NCBI GenBank assembly: GCA_951406725.2
Contig: OX597834.1
Location: 19,344,001-19,408,000, forward strand
DNA length: 64,000 nucleotides
DNA from: Octopus vulgaris
Taxonomy: Eukaryota
Direction: 5' to 3'
Shown: positions 24,461 through 39,570 of the stretch, in pieces
How the letters are laid out: every line of letters begins with the position of its first letter
Numbering within the stretch: the stretch's first letter is position 1
Position numbers and translations under genes: made by a program
The notes under the pieces: model-generated
What the model saw: the letters and a program-made list of their open reading frames with translations, nothing else
What the model was told of the DNA's origin: nothing
The model's database searches: none

Positions 24461-26501
24461 CACGTTTCGAAAAAACAAAAGCAAGGACAGCTATTGTACG
24501 ATGTATTAGTATAATGCTCTTATTTTACTACAGAAAAAGGGACACAGAAAAAACAAGGAGAGAAAAAAATGTGTGTAGTGGCTAAAGATCGATCATGGCG
24601 ATATATATATATATATATTTATTATATATATATATATATGTTTATAAATGTTTATAAACATTTATAAATATATATATATATATCTTTTAAATTTGTTTAT
24701 GGGAAATGTTATGAAAATGCAAATAAAGCTCCTGTTATGCTGGTCACAGGAATACCTACATAACTAGCTTAACCTTCATACTGGTGGAAAGGGATCAGCA
24801 TCCCACTGTTGTACATTTACTATTGTTATATCACCTGAAGAAATGAATCCATGAAGATGATCAACCCGATGGCCACAGCTGCTACAGACTGCGTTGTAAT
24901 CATGCTAAGAATACAGACTGTGATCTTACAAGACATGGGATTTGTGGAAACGTGTGTAGCGATGCACTAAATGTTTATAAATACCATCCAAGTATTATTG
25001 TTATTTTTATCATATCATCATCATCATCGTTTAACATCTGCTGGCATGGGTGGCATGATCTGACAGGTGTTGGCCAGCAGAAGCCTACACCAGACTTCTG
25101 TGACTGTTTCAGCAGAATATCTACGGCTGGATCCAACCACTTTGCAGAGTGGACTTGGAGATTTTTACATGGTACAAGAACAGGTGAGGTCAGTTTTGGC
25201 AAGGTTTTTACTGCTGGATACTTTTCCAAACACCAACCATTTTACAGTGTGGACTGGATGCTTTTTTAATATGGAAATATTTTTTTAAAACTTTTCATTT
25301 AATTTTTTCACAATTTAATTGTTTTCCATGCTTTACTCTAAGTTGAAAAAGTTGCAAAGACTGAAACCGGTCCCAAAATGTTCTTCATGATAAAATTATT
25401 CTAGCATTTTCTACCTGGTCTTATTTTCCTTATACATATCAACTTGTGTGTTCCTTTTCAACCTTATATATATATGGAATTTATAGGATTTTTATAATGT
25501 ATGATTTTCTTTGTTGCTTTGTGTTTCACTGGAAAACATTTGCTAGGGAAACTCTGATGAGTGGTTATTGCTGTGAAGAAGAATAATGTAGTTTAATAGC
25601 TGGTGTAGCCAAAGATTACAAGTATGATTTCTCTGTTGTCTGAAACTTTACATTATTTATAAGGCAGTGGCCTTAGGAAGATGGTGTCGCCTATTGTCTT
25701 TCATGGGAAATTAGCAAAGTAAATGAATCAATTTCATTTCTGTGATATTGGGTTCTATCTTTACTAAGAACATCGTTTATAAGAAATGAAGATATCAAGT
25801 CCTTCGAGATGGATATCAGATGATACAAAATGGAAATTGCTTTCTGCATTCACGGCTGAATTTGCTGTTATGTGAAAGAATGCAATTTGGTGTGATAAAA
25901 ATATCTATCAATGAAATAAACAGAAAAGAAAAAATTATCAGAAGGTTGATAAAACATTCTGTATATAGAGTGTTAAGGGTTTTATATTCTTAAAGCTAGA
26001 GCCATTCACTGATGATTCTTGTTAGATAACCCCACTTGTCTATATATTCTGTTATTCTGCTGTTTCTGTCAATAGACTGTGGCCATGCTAGAGCACCACC
26101 TTAAAGGGTTTTTTAGTCAAAGAATTTGACCCCCAGAGCTTCTTTGGAAGTCTAGAACTTATATTATCAGTCTCTTTTGCTGACCTGCTAAGTTATGGGA
26201 ATTCGGTTGTCAAGTGATGGTGGTGGGACACACACACACACACACACGCACGCACGCATATATATATGATGGTCTTTCGGTTTGTGTCTACCAAATCCAC
26301 TCATAAGGCTTTGGTCATTCTCAGGTTATAGTAGGAGACACTTCCCAAGGTGCCATGCAGTGGGACTGAACCCAGAATTATAATAATAATGAAATTATTG
26401 TATACAGTGCTCGGGTGCAACACAACTTGTCAAAAGTGCGTATAAAGCATATGCAGTAATGTACAAATGTCTGGAAAGTGAACATACCTACATAAATACA
26501 T

Positions 26502-26812
26502 TGTTATTGTTTGTTCCTTCTCAAGCCATGCCTGGCTCATAAGGGCCAGTTTCCCAGTTTCCTTGGCATATAGGTTCCCCACCTGGATGGCACACTGGTC
26601 TATCACAGGTGAGTTGCAAGATGCAGGAGGAAAGAGTGAGAAAAAGTTGTGGTGAAAGAGTCAGCAGAAGCTCGCCATTACCTTCTGCCAGAGCCACATG
26701 GAGCTTAGGTGTTTCACTCATAAACACACACATTACCCGGTCTGAGATTCGAACCCGTGATCCTTCAATCACAAGTCTGCTGCTCTAACCACTAGGCCAT
26801 GTATCTCCACTG
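26502..26812 (-). mobile_element. tRNA-derived SINE, family D head with a different tail
   Basis: Head gtggagatacatggcctagtggttagagcagc...gggttcgaatctc; 11-bp TSD CATAAATACAT (26491-26501 and 26813-26823). Confidence 0.8.
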
Positions 26813-26910
26813 CATAAATACATATGTACCTTCATATGCACACACACACACACACACACAGACGACATTCATTAATAAGACCGGCTTCTTACCACACACC
26901 CATGTCTGAA

Positions 26911-26950
<40 letters not shown>

Positions 26951-26984
26951 TATACACACACATACACACACATATATATATGTG

Positions 26985-27172
26985 TGCGGGTGGCACGTAA
27001 AAAGCACCCACTACACTCACGGAGTGGTTGGCGTTAGGAAGGGCATCCAGCCGTAGAAACACTGCCAGATCAAACTGGGCCTGATGCAGCCTTCTGGCTT
27101 CACAGACCCCAGTTGAACCATTCAACTCATGCTAGCATGGAAAGCGGATGCTAAATGATGATGATGATGATG
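26985..27172 (+). mobile_element. RTE 3'UTR-derived repeat (family C)
   Basis: Near-consensus body with (GAT)n tail. Confidence 0.85.
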
Positions 27173-28515
27173 GTAGGCTTCCACATAATTTCTCTCTATC
27201 AAATTCTCTCAGAAGATATTGACCAGTCTAAGATTATAGATCTGCCAAAAAGTATCTTAAAATATGCTTCAACAAGCAACTTCAATATTCCCCTCAATGT
27301 TTCTTTTATTTCTAACCAAAGCCTCAGTTAAATAACTCTGTAAATGCTCCGATATTAAATCTCTGTAAGCCAGCTGCACTTACTTGTGACAATCACGAAC
27401 CAAAGCAGATTTGAGTTTTGTAAATTAATAACAATAGGTTACCGAAGTGAAGATAATACTATCTTCTCTGTGCCTTTGGAAGTAGCCACAATGGCACTAA
27501 GCAAATTTTAAAATCATAACCTATAGACCTTGCGTATCCACCACTGTAATTTTGCAGTCACTATTTCTCATCATTGAATTGAAGAATATCATACAAATAG
27601 AAATAGTAAATAAACAGCAGAAATACAGAGAACACCCACTTAAGTCAAAAATGAAAAATATTGTGATATAAACTAAATACTGTAAATAAGAAATAAATTT
27701 GCAAAATACACTAAAAAAGTGTTAAAATGAAATATAATCTGCTTAAATAATAAATTGATGGAACAGAAAATAAAATGGTATTATATTAAGAGAAAATGGT
27801 TAAGATAGAAATAAACCAATAAAATGAAAATTAAACTGTTAGAATATGAAATAGAATATAAAGATTTATTTGCATTCATATGCACATATATATATACATA
27901 TATAAATACATATATACACATATATATATACATATATAAATACATATATATACATTTACATATATAAATGGCGGTGCATATATATATAGATGGCGGTGCC
28001 CCAGCATGGCCACAGCTCATGAGCTGAAACTAGATAAAATGAAAATGAATGATACACATATGTATATAGATATAGGTATATGCATGAGTGAATATATATA
28101 TTCACTAATGATGAATATGTATGTGGGTGTATATATATGTGTGTGTTTGTACAAGCATCTCTATGTACCAATATGTATGTATACATTTATAAGAATTGTA
28201 TAATGTATATGAATAATGCATTTATGGAAGTTGTTATCATCATCACCCTTTAACGTCCATTTTTCATACTGGCATGGTTTGGACAATGTGATAGAAGCTG
28301 GCAAGCCGGATGGCTGCACCATGTTCCAGACATCTCTTTTGGTACGGTTTCTCCATCTGAGTGTCCTTCCTTATACCAACCACTTTGCAGAGTGTACTGT
28401 GTCCTTTTTTTGTGACACTGGCATGAGTGCTTTTTACATGGTGCCAGTACGGGTGCTTTCTATGAGTTGCCAGCATGGGCATTTTTTAAGTGGCACTAAC
28501 ACAAGATATGTATGC

Positions 28516-28560
<45 letters not shown>

Positions 28561-28609
28561 ACCCGAATGTCAAACTATAGACCTGCTTGTTGTTCATACA
28601 CCTGTCTTA

Positions 28610-28761
28610 GTGGCTGTGTGGTAAGTAGCTTACTTACCAACCACATGGTTCCGGATTCAGTCCCACTGTGTGGCACCTTGGGCAAGTGTCTACTACTGTA
28701 GCCTTGGGCTGACCAAAGTCTTGTGAGTGGATTTGGTAGACGGAAACTGAAAGAAGCCGTC

Positions 28762-28804
<43 letters not shown>

Positions 28805-29035
28805 TAATAGATAGATTAGATGTGTGTGTGTGTGTGTGTCCCTAACATCGCTTGACAACTGATGCTGCTGTGTTTACATCCCAGTAACTTAGTGGTTCAG
28901 CAAAAGAGACTGATAGAATAAATACTAGGCTTACAAAGAATAAGTCCCGGGGATGATTTGCTCAACTAAAGGCGGTGCTCCAGCATGGCTGCAGTCAAAA
29001 TGACCGAAACAAGTAGAAGGGTAAAGAGAGTAAAG
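28610..29035 (+). mobile_element. SINE family A
   Basis: Head, microsatellite linker and tail all present. Confidence 0.9.
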
Positions 29036-29755
29036 TGTATACATATATATTCATACACACATGCATGCACACACATAAGTAATACAAATTTACACACATA
29101 CACACAAACACAGGTAAATAATTGTTTCAAATGTTTCTCACAGGCTAGTCACACACAAATAAACTGCTTGACTTTCAGCAAATTAGGGATTTTAAAAGAA
29201 GCTAAGAATAGTAGATATACAAATTTAACAAGAAAATAAATTTTAACTTTTCAGAAAACTGGAAAAGCTTTTTCAGATCCATGGCGCACAATTCAGTGTT
29301 TGCACTCCAAATTATCTGAATATTGCTTCATACTGGAGTGAATTATATCTCACTTGAGATAAACTGTTTATATCTTGATGAAAATAATTCTAGGTTAGTC
29401 AAGTATCTATCATACAACACAGAGCATGTAGATTATAAGGAAACAATAACACCTGATTCTGTAAGGCGCTATTCTATCAAGTCAAGTTCTAAAGTAAAAA
29501 AGTGATATATATATATATATATATATATATTTATGGAAATTTCTTACTTGAAATTACTAACAAAGTTTGATAAGAGAATTGTATAATATCTTTGATTGCT
29601 TGTGTGTAAGCATGTTTATGCTTGTGTCTCGTGTGTGTGTGTGTGTGTGTGCATGAATATATATACATATATATATATGTATATATATATGTATATATAT
29701 ATATGTATTTATATATATATAAATTAATATCTATATATGTGTGTGCTTGCAAATG

Positions 29756-29847
<92 letters not shown>

Positions 29848-30065
29848 TAATGCTTACCATAACATCAGTATGGCTGTTCCATAGGCATCGATGTTACTGC
29901 TGTTTTTAACCCAGGAGGAGGCTCCTCCTGGAATTAAAAATGGTAGTAATCCTCTAACTTGCCAATGTGGTTTCAATTCCTGGACAAGGTGATGCATTGT
30001 GTTCTTCATTTCATGTTACTCCAGAACACCCAGTTTGTAGAGATGAGCAACCTTGTGACTGACTT

Positions 30066-30636
30066 GCACTCAGAATGCTTTGCAACGTTTGTTTTTGAAA
30101 GTAGTGGTTTTCTGATTGCAGCCTTCTCATGAAATCCTGCTTTGTGCAGCTCCTGGTGTACAATTTTTGTGTTCATTAGGTGATCATTATGCTCTGCAGT
30201 AATTTTGGGGGCTGTACTTTTGTTCTCCTTTCTAACAATTCATGTAAGAGTCTGATGGTCCCTATCTGAAAGTTTTGGTTTTCTTCTAGAGTTTTGTTTC
30301 GACGAGGAAGTTTTTCCCTCTTTCTCAAAGGCTGTCATTACTTTCGAGATAGTACTTCTTGATACACCAAATATTTTGGCTGTTTTTGATATGGTAGCAC
30401 CTGCCATATGAGCACCAACAATTTGACGTCTTTGAACGTCCGATAGATCTGTCATTTTAATGAATTTTAATTACCTTTTTCTCATCATATCTGAAAAGAA
30501 ACAGCAATTTTAACAAAACATATTAAGCAACACTAATGATAAATCAAAAGACATAAAAATAAACAAGCTTTTGACAGTTTTATAGATATTTCAAAATAAT
30601 GAGGCTATGAGTTTATATTATTTTGTCCAACCCCTG
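30066..30636 (-). mobile_element. Tc1-like transposon remnant (one TIR and the N-terminal transposase)
   Basis: Terminus CAGGGGTTGGACAAAATA at 30636. ORF MTDLSDVQRRQIVGAHMAGATISKTAKIFGVSRSTISKV... is a paired-like HTH, and a degenerate continuation reads ELHKAGFHEKAAIRKPLLSKTN. Premature stop present. Confidence 0.85.
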
Positions 30637-30819
30637 TGTGTATATATGTATATATATATATATATATATATACACCTGCACACATACTCACACTCATATT
30701 TTTATTGAAAATATAATATAATGATTGAAATTTATGAATCTCAGTGCTGGATAGTATTAAGCAAAATAAGACCTGTAAAAATGAATATGTTTAAATAAAA
30801 AGTAACACACCCTCACACG

Positions 30820-30853
<34 letters not shown>

Positions 30854-30897
30854 GACACACATATGACAGTTACTTTTTATTAAAATATATCTAAGTT

Positions 30898-31242
<345 letters not shown>

Positions 31243-31919
31243 ATTTTTTATCTAAATGTATTTATGTCTGTACATGTATTCAATTACAAAATTGCAGAAA
31301 GTAAAAAAAAAAAAACTTTTTGTTGGAAAATATTTTGGAACACCTCATTATTTATTTGTTTTATTTCGCATTTTTCAAATTTTATTCTCTTATTAATATT
31401 CTCTTCCTACCTGTTTAGAAAATAAAAAAATAAATAAAAAGAATTATCATGGAACATCTTCACTGATGCTAGTTCTTAATATATAGCTTTGTCAACAGAA
31501 TTCTCAAGAGATTTGAGCAAGAGGCTTCATCATATTATCATGATAACTGGTAATTTCACCCACCAAAAGAAAAGAAAAATGGAAAGGAATCGAAATTTTA
31601 ATACAGGTTTATAAATTTGCCTAAGAGAAACTAACAACTGAAAGAAAGAAAAACGAAAATACAGGGGTATGATGATAATAATTATGATAATGGTTTGTAA
31701 CATATTTACAAGCCCATATATTTGTGAGGAAAAGAAGGGTTTCATCAATTAAAATAACCCCAGTTTTGATATTTATTTTATCAACCTAGGAAGTTTGTGG
31801 AAAATGTCTCTGATATGGTAAGATTTGAACTCAGAACATATAGGATCATAACAAAATACTGCAAATCATTTGTCCAGCAGTATACTATTGACTTGGCTGT
31901 CCACCTGTAATATTATTGA

Positions 31920-32122
31920 TTTCAAATTTTAGCACAAGGCCAGGAATTCAGGAACAGGAGTAAGTCAATTACATCAACCCCAGTGCACAACTGGTACTTA
32001 TTTTATTGACCCCCAAAAGGCAAAGGTGACTTTGGTGAAATTTGAACTCAGAATGTAAAGGCAGACTAAATGTCGCTTAGCATTTTGCCTGGCATGCTAA
32101 CGATTCTGCCAGCTCACCACCT
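31920..32122 (-). mobile_element. SINE family B (B2 tail)
   Basis: Reverse-complement B body ending gattctgccagctcaccacc. Confidence 0.8.
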
Positions 32123-32223
32123 TTCCACCAGCAATAATTTTAATTACATTTCTGGCTGCCCAATCTTCACAAATATAAAATATTCTCCTATGCTTGATTG
32201 AATAAATTTTTACATCCATTTAG

Positions 32224-32380
32224 GGGACAAGTGGAGGAGGAGATTGGGAGAGTTGGTTTGAAAAAGGAGGACACCCCAAACCAGGCAAGATGGCGAGATG
32301 GTGTGAGGGCGGTTGCTAATGCATGGAGGTAGATCCAGCCTCCCTCGTTAACAGGGACAAAACCCGGATTTAAAACCCTG
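32224..32380 (+). mobile_element. RTE-type LINE 3' end fragment
   Basis: Translates GQVEEEIGRVGLKKEDTPNQARWRDGVRAVANAWR*, followed by a short 3'UTR. Confidence 0.55.
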
Positions 32381-32406
32381 GCAATAGGAAATAACACTTA
32401 CTGACC

Positions 32407-32542
32407 ATAGATCTGTCATTTTAATGAATTTTAATTACCTTTTTCTGATCATATCTGAAAAGATAAACAGCAATTTTAGCAAAACATATTAAGCAACACT
32501 AATAATAAATCAAAAAAACATAAAAGTAAACAAGCTTTTGAC
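32407..32542 (-). mobile_element. Second fragment of the same Tc1-like 5' region
   Basis: Near-identical to 30443-30575 (atagatctgtcattttaatg...caagcttttgac). Confidence 0.85.
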
Positions 32543-33429
32543 TGTCGGACACAGTGTAATGGATAATAATAATAATGGACACTTTAGTTAATCTTGAATA
32601 GTTTTGTTTGCCAGTATCATCCTTGTTAATCTTAAACACTTGTATGCACATTCTCCAAAATGTACCTAATTCTTGTTCCCAGAAAGCAAATTCTCAATGT
32701 ATTTCTCAAAATATGAATTATAAGAACAATAATCACAAACCCTTTCCACCATTGTACAAGTCTGAAATTTTGGGGGAAGAGCTTGTCAATTACATCGATC
32801 CCAGAAATTAAGTGCTCCTTCATTTGTCCCCACTGGAAGGACGGAAGGCACAACCGATCACTGAAGAATCCGTATTTGGAATGTAAAGAGAGCCGAAATG
32901 CTGCAAAAGATTTTACCCGGCATGCTAATGGTTCTACCATCAAGTTTGGGAAAAGGAATATTTAGTCAATTATATCCTCTTCAGAACTCGTCTAGAATTT
33001 TATTGAATTAACATTGGAGAGATGAAGGGCAAATCTGAATTTGGTGAGAGATCTTTATTTGCCACAAGGGTGTGTAAGTTAAGGGTACATTACAACAACA
33101 ACAAATGACAATGGAAATGAATAAAAAGAGATGTCCTAATAGAGAGAGACAGCAACTAGGAATAAGTGAGCAATCCTACAGTTTCGGGGATTTGCCCATA
33201 TTGTCAAAAAAACAAGTGTCCTTCCTCAAATGTGTTCTCTGGTCTTTAGATTCATGCTGCAAGTATTTCCATTTCTCGTGGGCCATATTTGCCAATCTCA
33301 CCCACCTTGCAGCAGATTTACTGGACAGCAGCACCTCTCTCTCTCTCTCTCTCTCTCCTCTCGCCCTCTTTCTCTCTCTTTACCACGACAATGATGATGG
33401 TAATGATGTTGTAACTGCAGTTGCTACTG

Positions 33430-33430
33430 T

Positions 33431-33463
<33 letters not shown>

Positions 33464-33522
33464 CGGTGATGACGGTGATGACGGTGATGACGATGGTGAT
33501 GATGGTGATGATGATGAGGATG

Positions 33523-33557
<35 letters not shown>

Positions 33558-33560
33558 GAA
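33430..33560. repeat. (GAT)n/(GACGGTGAT)n trinucleotide array
   Basis: Read directly; source of the poly-Asp in ORF 33105-33680. Confidence 0.9.
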
Positions 33561-34005
33561 GAAGAAAGACAGCAATGCAGTAGTTATTCTATTATATGTC
33601 AAAAAGAGAGGATTGCAAAATATATGATAATAACAATAATTATAATAATAATAATAACAACAACAACAACAGTAATGTAAATATGAGGTTTAATTAAATA
33701 CATTGTTACTAGTGTTGTAACTGTTATTAATTTGTTTGTTATTTAGATTTGCGTTCCTCCTCTTTATATTTACTTCATTTGTTATTATAAAGAGTGAATC
33801 TGCCACATATTATATGTCCAAATCATAGCTGCCATAATGACTGTATGAGTTGTAGTAATTACAGCTTCAAGACTGACAACGGGGTTGGAAGTAACGGGGT
33901 CTGGAGGTTTTGATTGTGGGGTTTTAGATGTAATTATGTGCTGTGTGGAGTAGAAGTAATGGTAGTCTGACTACTGTTAGTGCTGCACATACAGACATAT
34001 ATATA

Positions 34006-34037
<32 letters not shown>

Positions 34038-34111
34038 ACTGTACATATATTTATGTGTATAATACATGTGTGTATATAATATTTGTATAATATGCGTGTG
34101 TCTGTGAGTGT

Positions 34112-34147
<36 letters not shown>

Positions 34148-34354
34148 GTGACCGCGTGTGTACCGTTGGCAATTTTTTTTTCCTCTGTCTTCCCTTCTCT
34201 GGATCTTTCCTTCTCCTATGTTTCCGACGAAGAGCTCCGCTCGAAACGTTAAACCCTCCTTCTTTCCTTCTTTCCTGAGCGTCCAATAATACTATATTTG
34301 TTCCACGTCCTCGCGTTGTTGTGTTTTTTTGTGCTTTCATGTTTGGATTAACTT
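34148..34354 (+). mobile_element. Penelope pLTR-like / retrozyme-like short element inside (TA)n
   Basis: ~205-bp CpG-retaining unit with (TA)n on both sides and a central hammerhead-like fold. Confidence 0.65.
34220..34254 (+). ncRNA. Minimal type-I hammerhead ribozyme-like motif, U4C variant
   Basis: GTTT-CCGACGA-A-GAGC(TCC)GCTC-GAAA-CG-TT-AAAC: stem I GUUU/AAAC, stem II GAGC/GCUC, palindromic ACGU in place of stem III, GUU cleavage triplet. Confidence 0.65.
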
Positions 34355-34385
34355 TATATATATATATATATATATTGATAGACAA

Positions 34386-34456
<71 letters not shown>

Positions 34457-35384
34457 CACAGACACACACACACATATTTGTATAATCATGGCATGGGGCT
34501 CCGAAAGGGGTCTCAGGGAGTAGCATCGCTGCCTTCCTGAGCTAGCTTTCCTCCACATTTCTTAAAAATCATGGTAGAGGCCTTGGTCTCAGGACCACTC
34601 GTGTCTAGAAACTGAGGTAGGTGGTAAGCAAGGGCATGCTCCCCATAGAAAATCCATCTCCAAAAAAGCCTCATGATAGTAAAGGAGAATGGGCACCAGC
34701 CCACCCAAAGGATGAAGTAGGCTGCTTGAAAAGGTTAAGACCATGTGAACTCCTGCATATCTCTGCTCCTCAAAGCTGGTTGGTCTGTACCCTCTCTAGT
34801 CTGATCCTTACGACTCCCTCTTCCTTCCTCCTTCAGCTAGCCATATTGTTGGCACCACTTCACCACCCATTGTCCCACGGTCAACACTGCCCCAGAAATT
34901 TCTCCCACCTCCCGGATTCCATCCCTGCCCATGTTTTTCACCACAACCATCAACTTGTAACAGTTCAATAATGATATTTAACCATGTCAGTCTTACTGGT
35001 CTTAAAGTGCCTGTGAGACCAGGGTCATAACCCCTTCTTCCAGAACAAACCAATAAAAAAAAAAAACAAGCAAAGAAAGACCCTTCTGATAGAGAGTCAG
35101 AAGCTCCACCTGAAATAGCTCCTATAAAGTGTTTGTATTTAAACTTAAAATTTCATTACGTAAATGATAACTCGAGGCTAAAAGATCCATTACAGCTTTT
35201 ATGTAAGAAGCTTTTGTTTGGCGTGTAGTGAACAGGGAAAAGAAAAAAGGAGAAAAACAATGGAGATGAAGCTCTGTTAAACAACTTGAAATTTTTGATT
35301 ACTTTGAAAATTAATTGGAATATAAAGGCATTGTGTCGTCATTAGAAATATGGACACAAAGGAGTTAATGTATTAGACAACACT

Positions 35385-35740
35385 ACACACATGCGCACAC
35401 ACACACATGTGCACACACACATGTGCACACCCACACACACGTGCACACCCACACATGTGCACACACACACATGTGCACACACACACATGTGTACACACAC
35501 ACACATGTGCACACACACACACATGTCCACACACACACATACATCCCCGCATGCACACACACACACACATACACCCACACACACATGCACACACAAACAC
35601 ACACAAAGTCAAACACACACATATACACACACACACAGAGGCACACACACATACATCCGCACGCACACGCACACACACATGCACCCCACCCCCACACAAA
35701 CACACACACAAACACATGCACACACACACACACACACACA
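35385..35740. repeat. (CA)-rich compound repeat with acatgtgc interruptions
   Basis: Read directly. Confidence 0.9.
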
Positions 35741-36502
35741 TAATAGAATCATTAATGAATTTCATTACAATTGATCTTGAACATGTATTAATTGATTAGA
35801 TTATATTTATAATTCAAAAGAGGGATTTTAGTGTTTTATTTAAATATTAAATTGCCACATTAGGAAGTTATAATGAACAATATCCTCCGATTGAAATCCA
35901 TGTTGAATAAAAGCAATTCAAATCTCTTCAACATATATTTCTTTTAAAATGAATATTAAATTCCACTTCAGTCAGTATTAAATAGGGGCTTCTGAAATTA
36001 TATTTTTAACAAACTCAGCTAATTATTGTCGATGTTCAGAAAGAATTAAATGAAACAAGCATCAACATGTTGATCAGTTGTAAAGTGCATGAATTTAGGA
36101 AATTATATTTTTTAATTGATATTTCCTTGTTGTAATGTTTTTCATTTAAGAGTTTGGAATTTAAATAAATAGAGGAAGAAATTGGCTTCACAGCTACGCG
36201 GTTTTGAGTTTGGTTCCACTGTGTGGCACCTTGGGCAAGTGCCTTCTACTGTTATATCCAGAGCTAACCAATGCCTTCACTCTTGTCTAAGGTGTCAAAC
36301 AACTCGTAGCCACAATAACATTATAGTAGCTATGACTTGTTTTGACTTTTATTTCTAGCAATACTGGTGCTGAATAGTGCCCTCAATTGCTTTAGTGATG
36401 TATGTATATATTTTTGCCTTTAGGTTAAGATATTGCTAACAAGCCACCCTTATATATATATGTGTGTATATATATATATATATACACACACATATATATA
36501 TA

Positions 36503-36636
36503 GGTGCAGGAGTGACTGTGTGGTAAGAAGCTTGTTTCCCAACTACGTGGTTCTGGGATCAGTCCTACTTTGGGCAAGTGTCTTCTACCAAAGCCTTGTG
36601 AGTGGATTTGGTAGACCGAAACTGAAAGAAGTCTGA

Positions 36637-36713
<77 letters not shown>

Positions 36714-37357
36714 ATACATATGGTATATATGTATATATTTGTGTGTGTGTCTGTGTTTGTCCCTCCACCCCCGCTGTTGCTTGATAATTGATGTTGGTGT
36801 GTTTACGTCCCCGTAACTTAGCGGTTCGGCAAAAGAAACATGATAGAATAAGTACTAGGCTTACAAAGAATAAGTCCTGGAGTTGATTTGTTCGACTAAA
36901 GGTGGTGCTACAGCATGGCCACAGTCAAATGACTGAAACAAGTGAAAGAATAAAAAGAATAATATATATGTATATTGTGGCTGTGTGGTAAGTAGCTTGC
37001 TTACCAACCACATAGTTCTGGGTTCAGTCCCACTGCATAGCACCTTGGGCAAGTGTCTTCTACTATAGCCTGGGCTGACCAAAGCCCTGTGAGTGTATTT
37101 TGTAGACGGAAACTGAAAGAAGCCCGTCGATATATATGTGTGTGTGTATGTAAATGTTTGTATGTCTGTGTTTGTCCCCTAACATTGCTTGACAACCGAT
37201 GCTGGTGTGTTTACGTCCCCGTCACTTAGCAATTCTGCAAAAAAGACACATAGAATAAGTATTAGACTTACAAAGAATAAGTCCTGGAGTCGATTTGCTC
37301 AGCTAAAGGTGGTGCTCCAGCATGGCCGCAGTCAAATGACTGAAACAAATAAAAGAA
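36503..37357 (+). mobile_element. Two tandem SINE family A copies
   Basis: Copies at 36503-36960 and ~36977-37357. Confidence 0.9.
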
Positions 37358-37763
37358 TATTCATATGTATTGCTATCTATGATTATATACCAGGTGTTAT
37401 AGTGGAAACATTTGTTTGAACTACGAGGGTAGCATGTCTTAGTATTATACATTGCTATAAGGATTATATCTGTTGTAATCTATTGAGCTATTGAGGATTA
37501 TCTGTGTTAAATCTTAAGACAAACTGCTGCATTAATCAATGGGATATTCCTTAGATCATGTGGCATCATGTAGTTTTATCTCTGTGACAAATTTGTTGGG
37601 AAATTTACGGGTATTAATTCACCTTTAGATCTGTAGAGATCAATGTATCCCTAGATAATTACTGTCATAGCTTCAGCTTAGGGCTTCGTGCCACTCTGAA
37701 ATGTATTCAGTCAATGCAAATGCTTTATATATATATATATATATGTGTGTGTGTGGGGGGTGC

Positions 37764-37795
<32 letters not shown>

Positions 37796-37922
37796 ATGTG
37801 TGTGTGTGTGTGTGTGTTATATGTATATATTTATGACATCATTATCATGTGTGTATATCTATTACATATATATACATACATATATATTTGTATCTGTCTA
37901 TCTCTCTCTCTCTATCAATCTA

Positions 37923-37963
<41 letters not shown>

Positions 37964-39039
37964 GCACATACATATATATATATTTATATACACATATATG
38001 TATATATATATATATCTATTCAAGGTTCTTTGGCTGCTATTTCTAAACTTCGGTATGTGGTAAAGCAAATCTTTGCTGAACCCTAATTATAAAGTATATA
38101 TATATATATATATATCATAATATCTATATAAGTATATATGTATTTCTATATGTATGGTATATGTATGTGTGTGTATGTGTGTGCATGCTGTCAGCAATGC
38201 ATCAATGCTAGGTCTTTTTGTTTCTCATTTTGTTTCCAATAATGAGATGGAAGCTATCGCTGTTGGTGTGTTCTCGTGTCTTCTTCCTCAGCAAAATTAG
38301 AAGAGGCAAAAATAAAGAAATAATTAAATAAATAAATAAACCGTGCATCATCTTGGAAGTGTCTGCATTTTTAATCATGTAGGCGTAAAAAAAAAAAAAA
38401 GAAAAAGAAAGACATACTAAATAACTAGAAAAAAGTACCACTAAAATAGTTTGTCTCTGTCGGGAGTTGATCCTTTATTTGTTGAAGCCTTGTATCGTGT
38501 TTCATTTGTAGTTTTCTGTAGGAATTCCTGAGTCTTTTTTGGAGTTGCATTGGAAAAGCAACTTAGTTACTTATCTTTCTTGGGAGAAAATGAAAGTGGA
38601 ATAGAAAGAGCAACAAAGAACAAGGTGAGAGGCGGGGCGGGGAGATGCAAAGTGATAACAAAAAAATGTTATAAAAATAAAAATAAAATAAAACTCAAAT
38701 CAAAAGGTGGTAGAGATATCGGTTAGCCATTGGGGAGTTTTATATATCAGATATAGTGACAAAGAAGTAAAGAGAGGGGAAAAAAAAAAAATAAAACATT
38801 ATCAACCCTAAAGAAAAAAGGAGAAATAAAACGATAGAAAATAGAAAAAAAAGGAAGGAACAAGGCAACAACAAAGAGAGGAAGAAAGTAGAAGCGAAAA
38901 CGAAAGTGAAACACACTTCTGTTACTGAAATTGGTAAACTTTCTAAAGATATAGAAAGAACCAATTAGACAAGAACACCAACAGATCAAAAACTAGTTAA
39001 AATTTAACAGAAAAATGCTAATTTTAGTCAATGCGTGCA

Positions 39040-39570
<531 letters not shown>

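Noticed and set aside
32877-32889. TGGAATGTAAAGA, matching the 5' part of miR-1
   Set aside because: Lies in a decayed SINE-B segment; the match stops after 13 nt and no hairpin partner is present.
33105-33680. 191-aa ORF with a poly-Asp tract
   Set aside because: Held open by (CT)n, (GAT)n and (ATA)n repeats.
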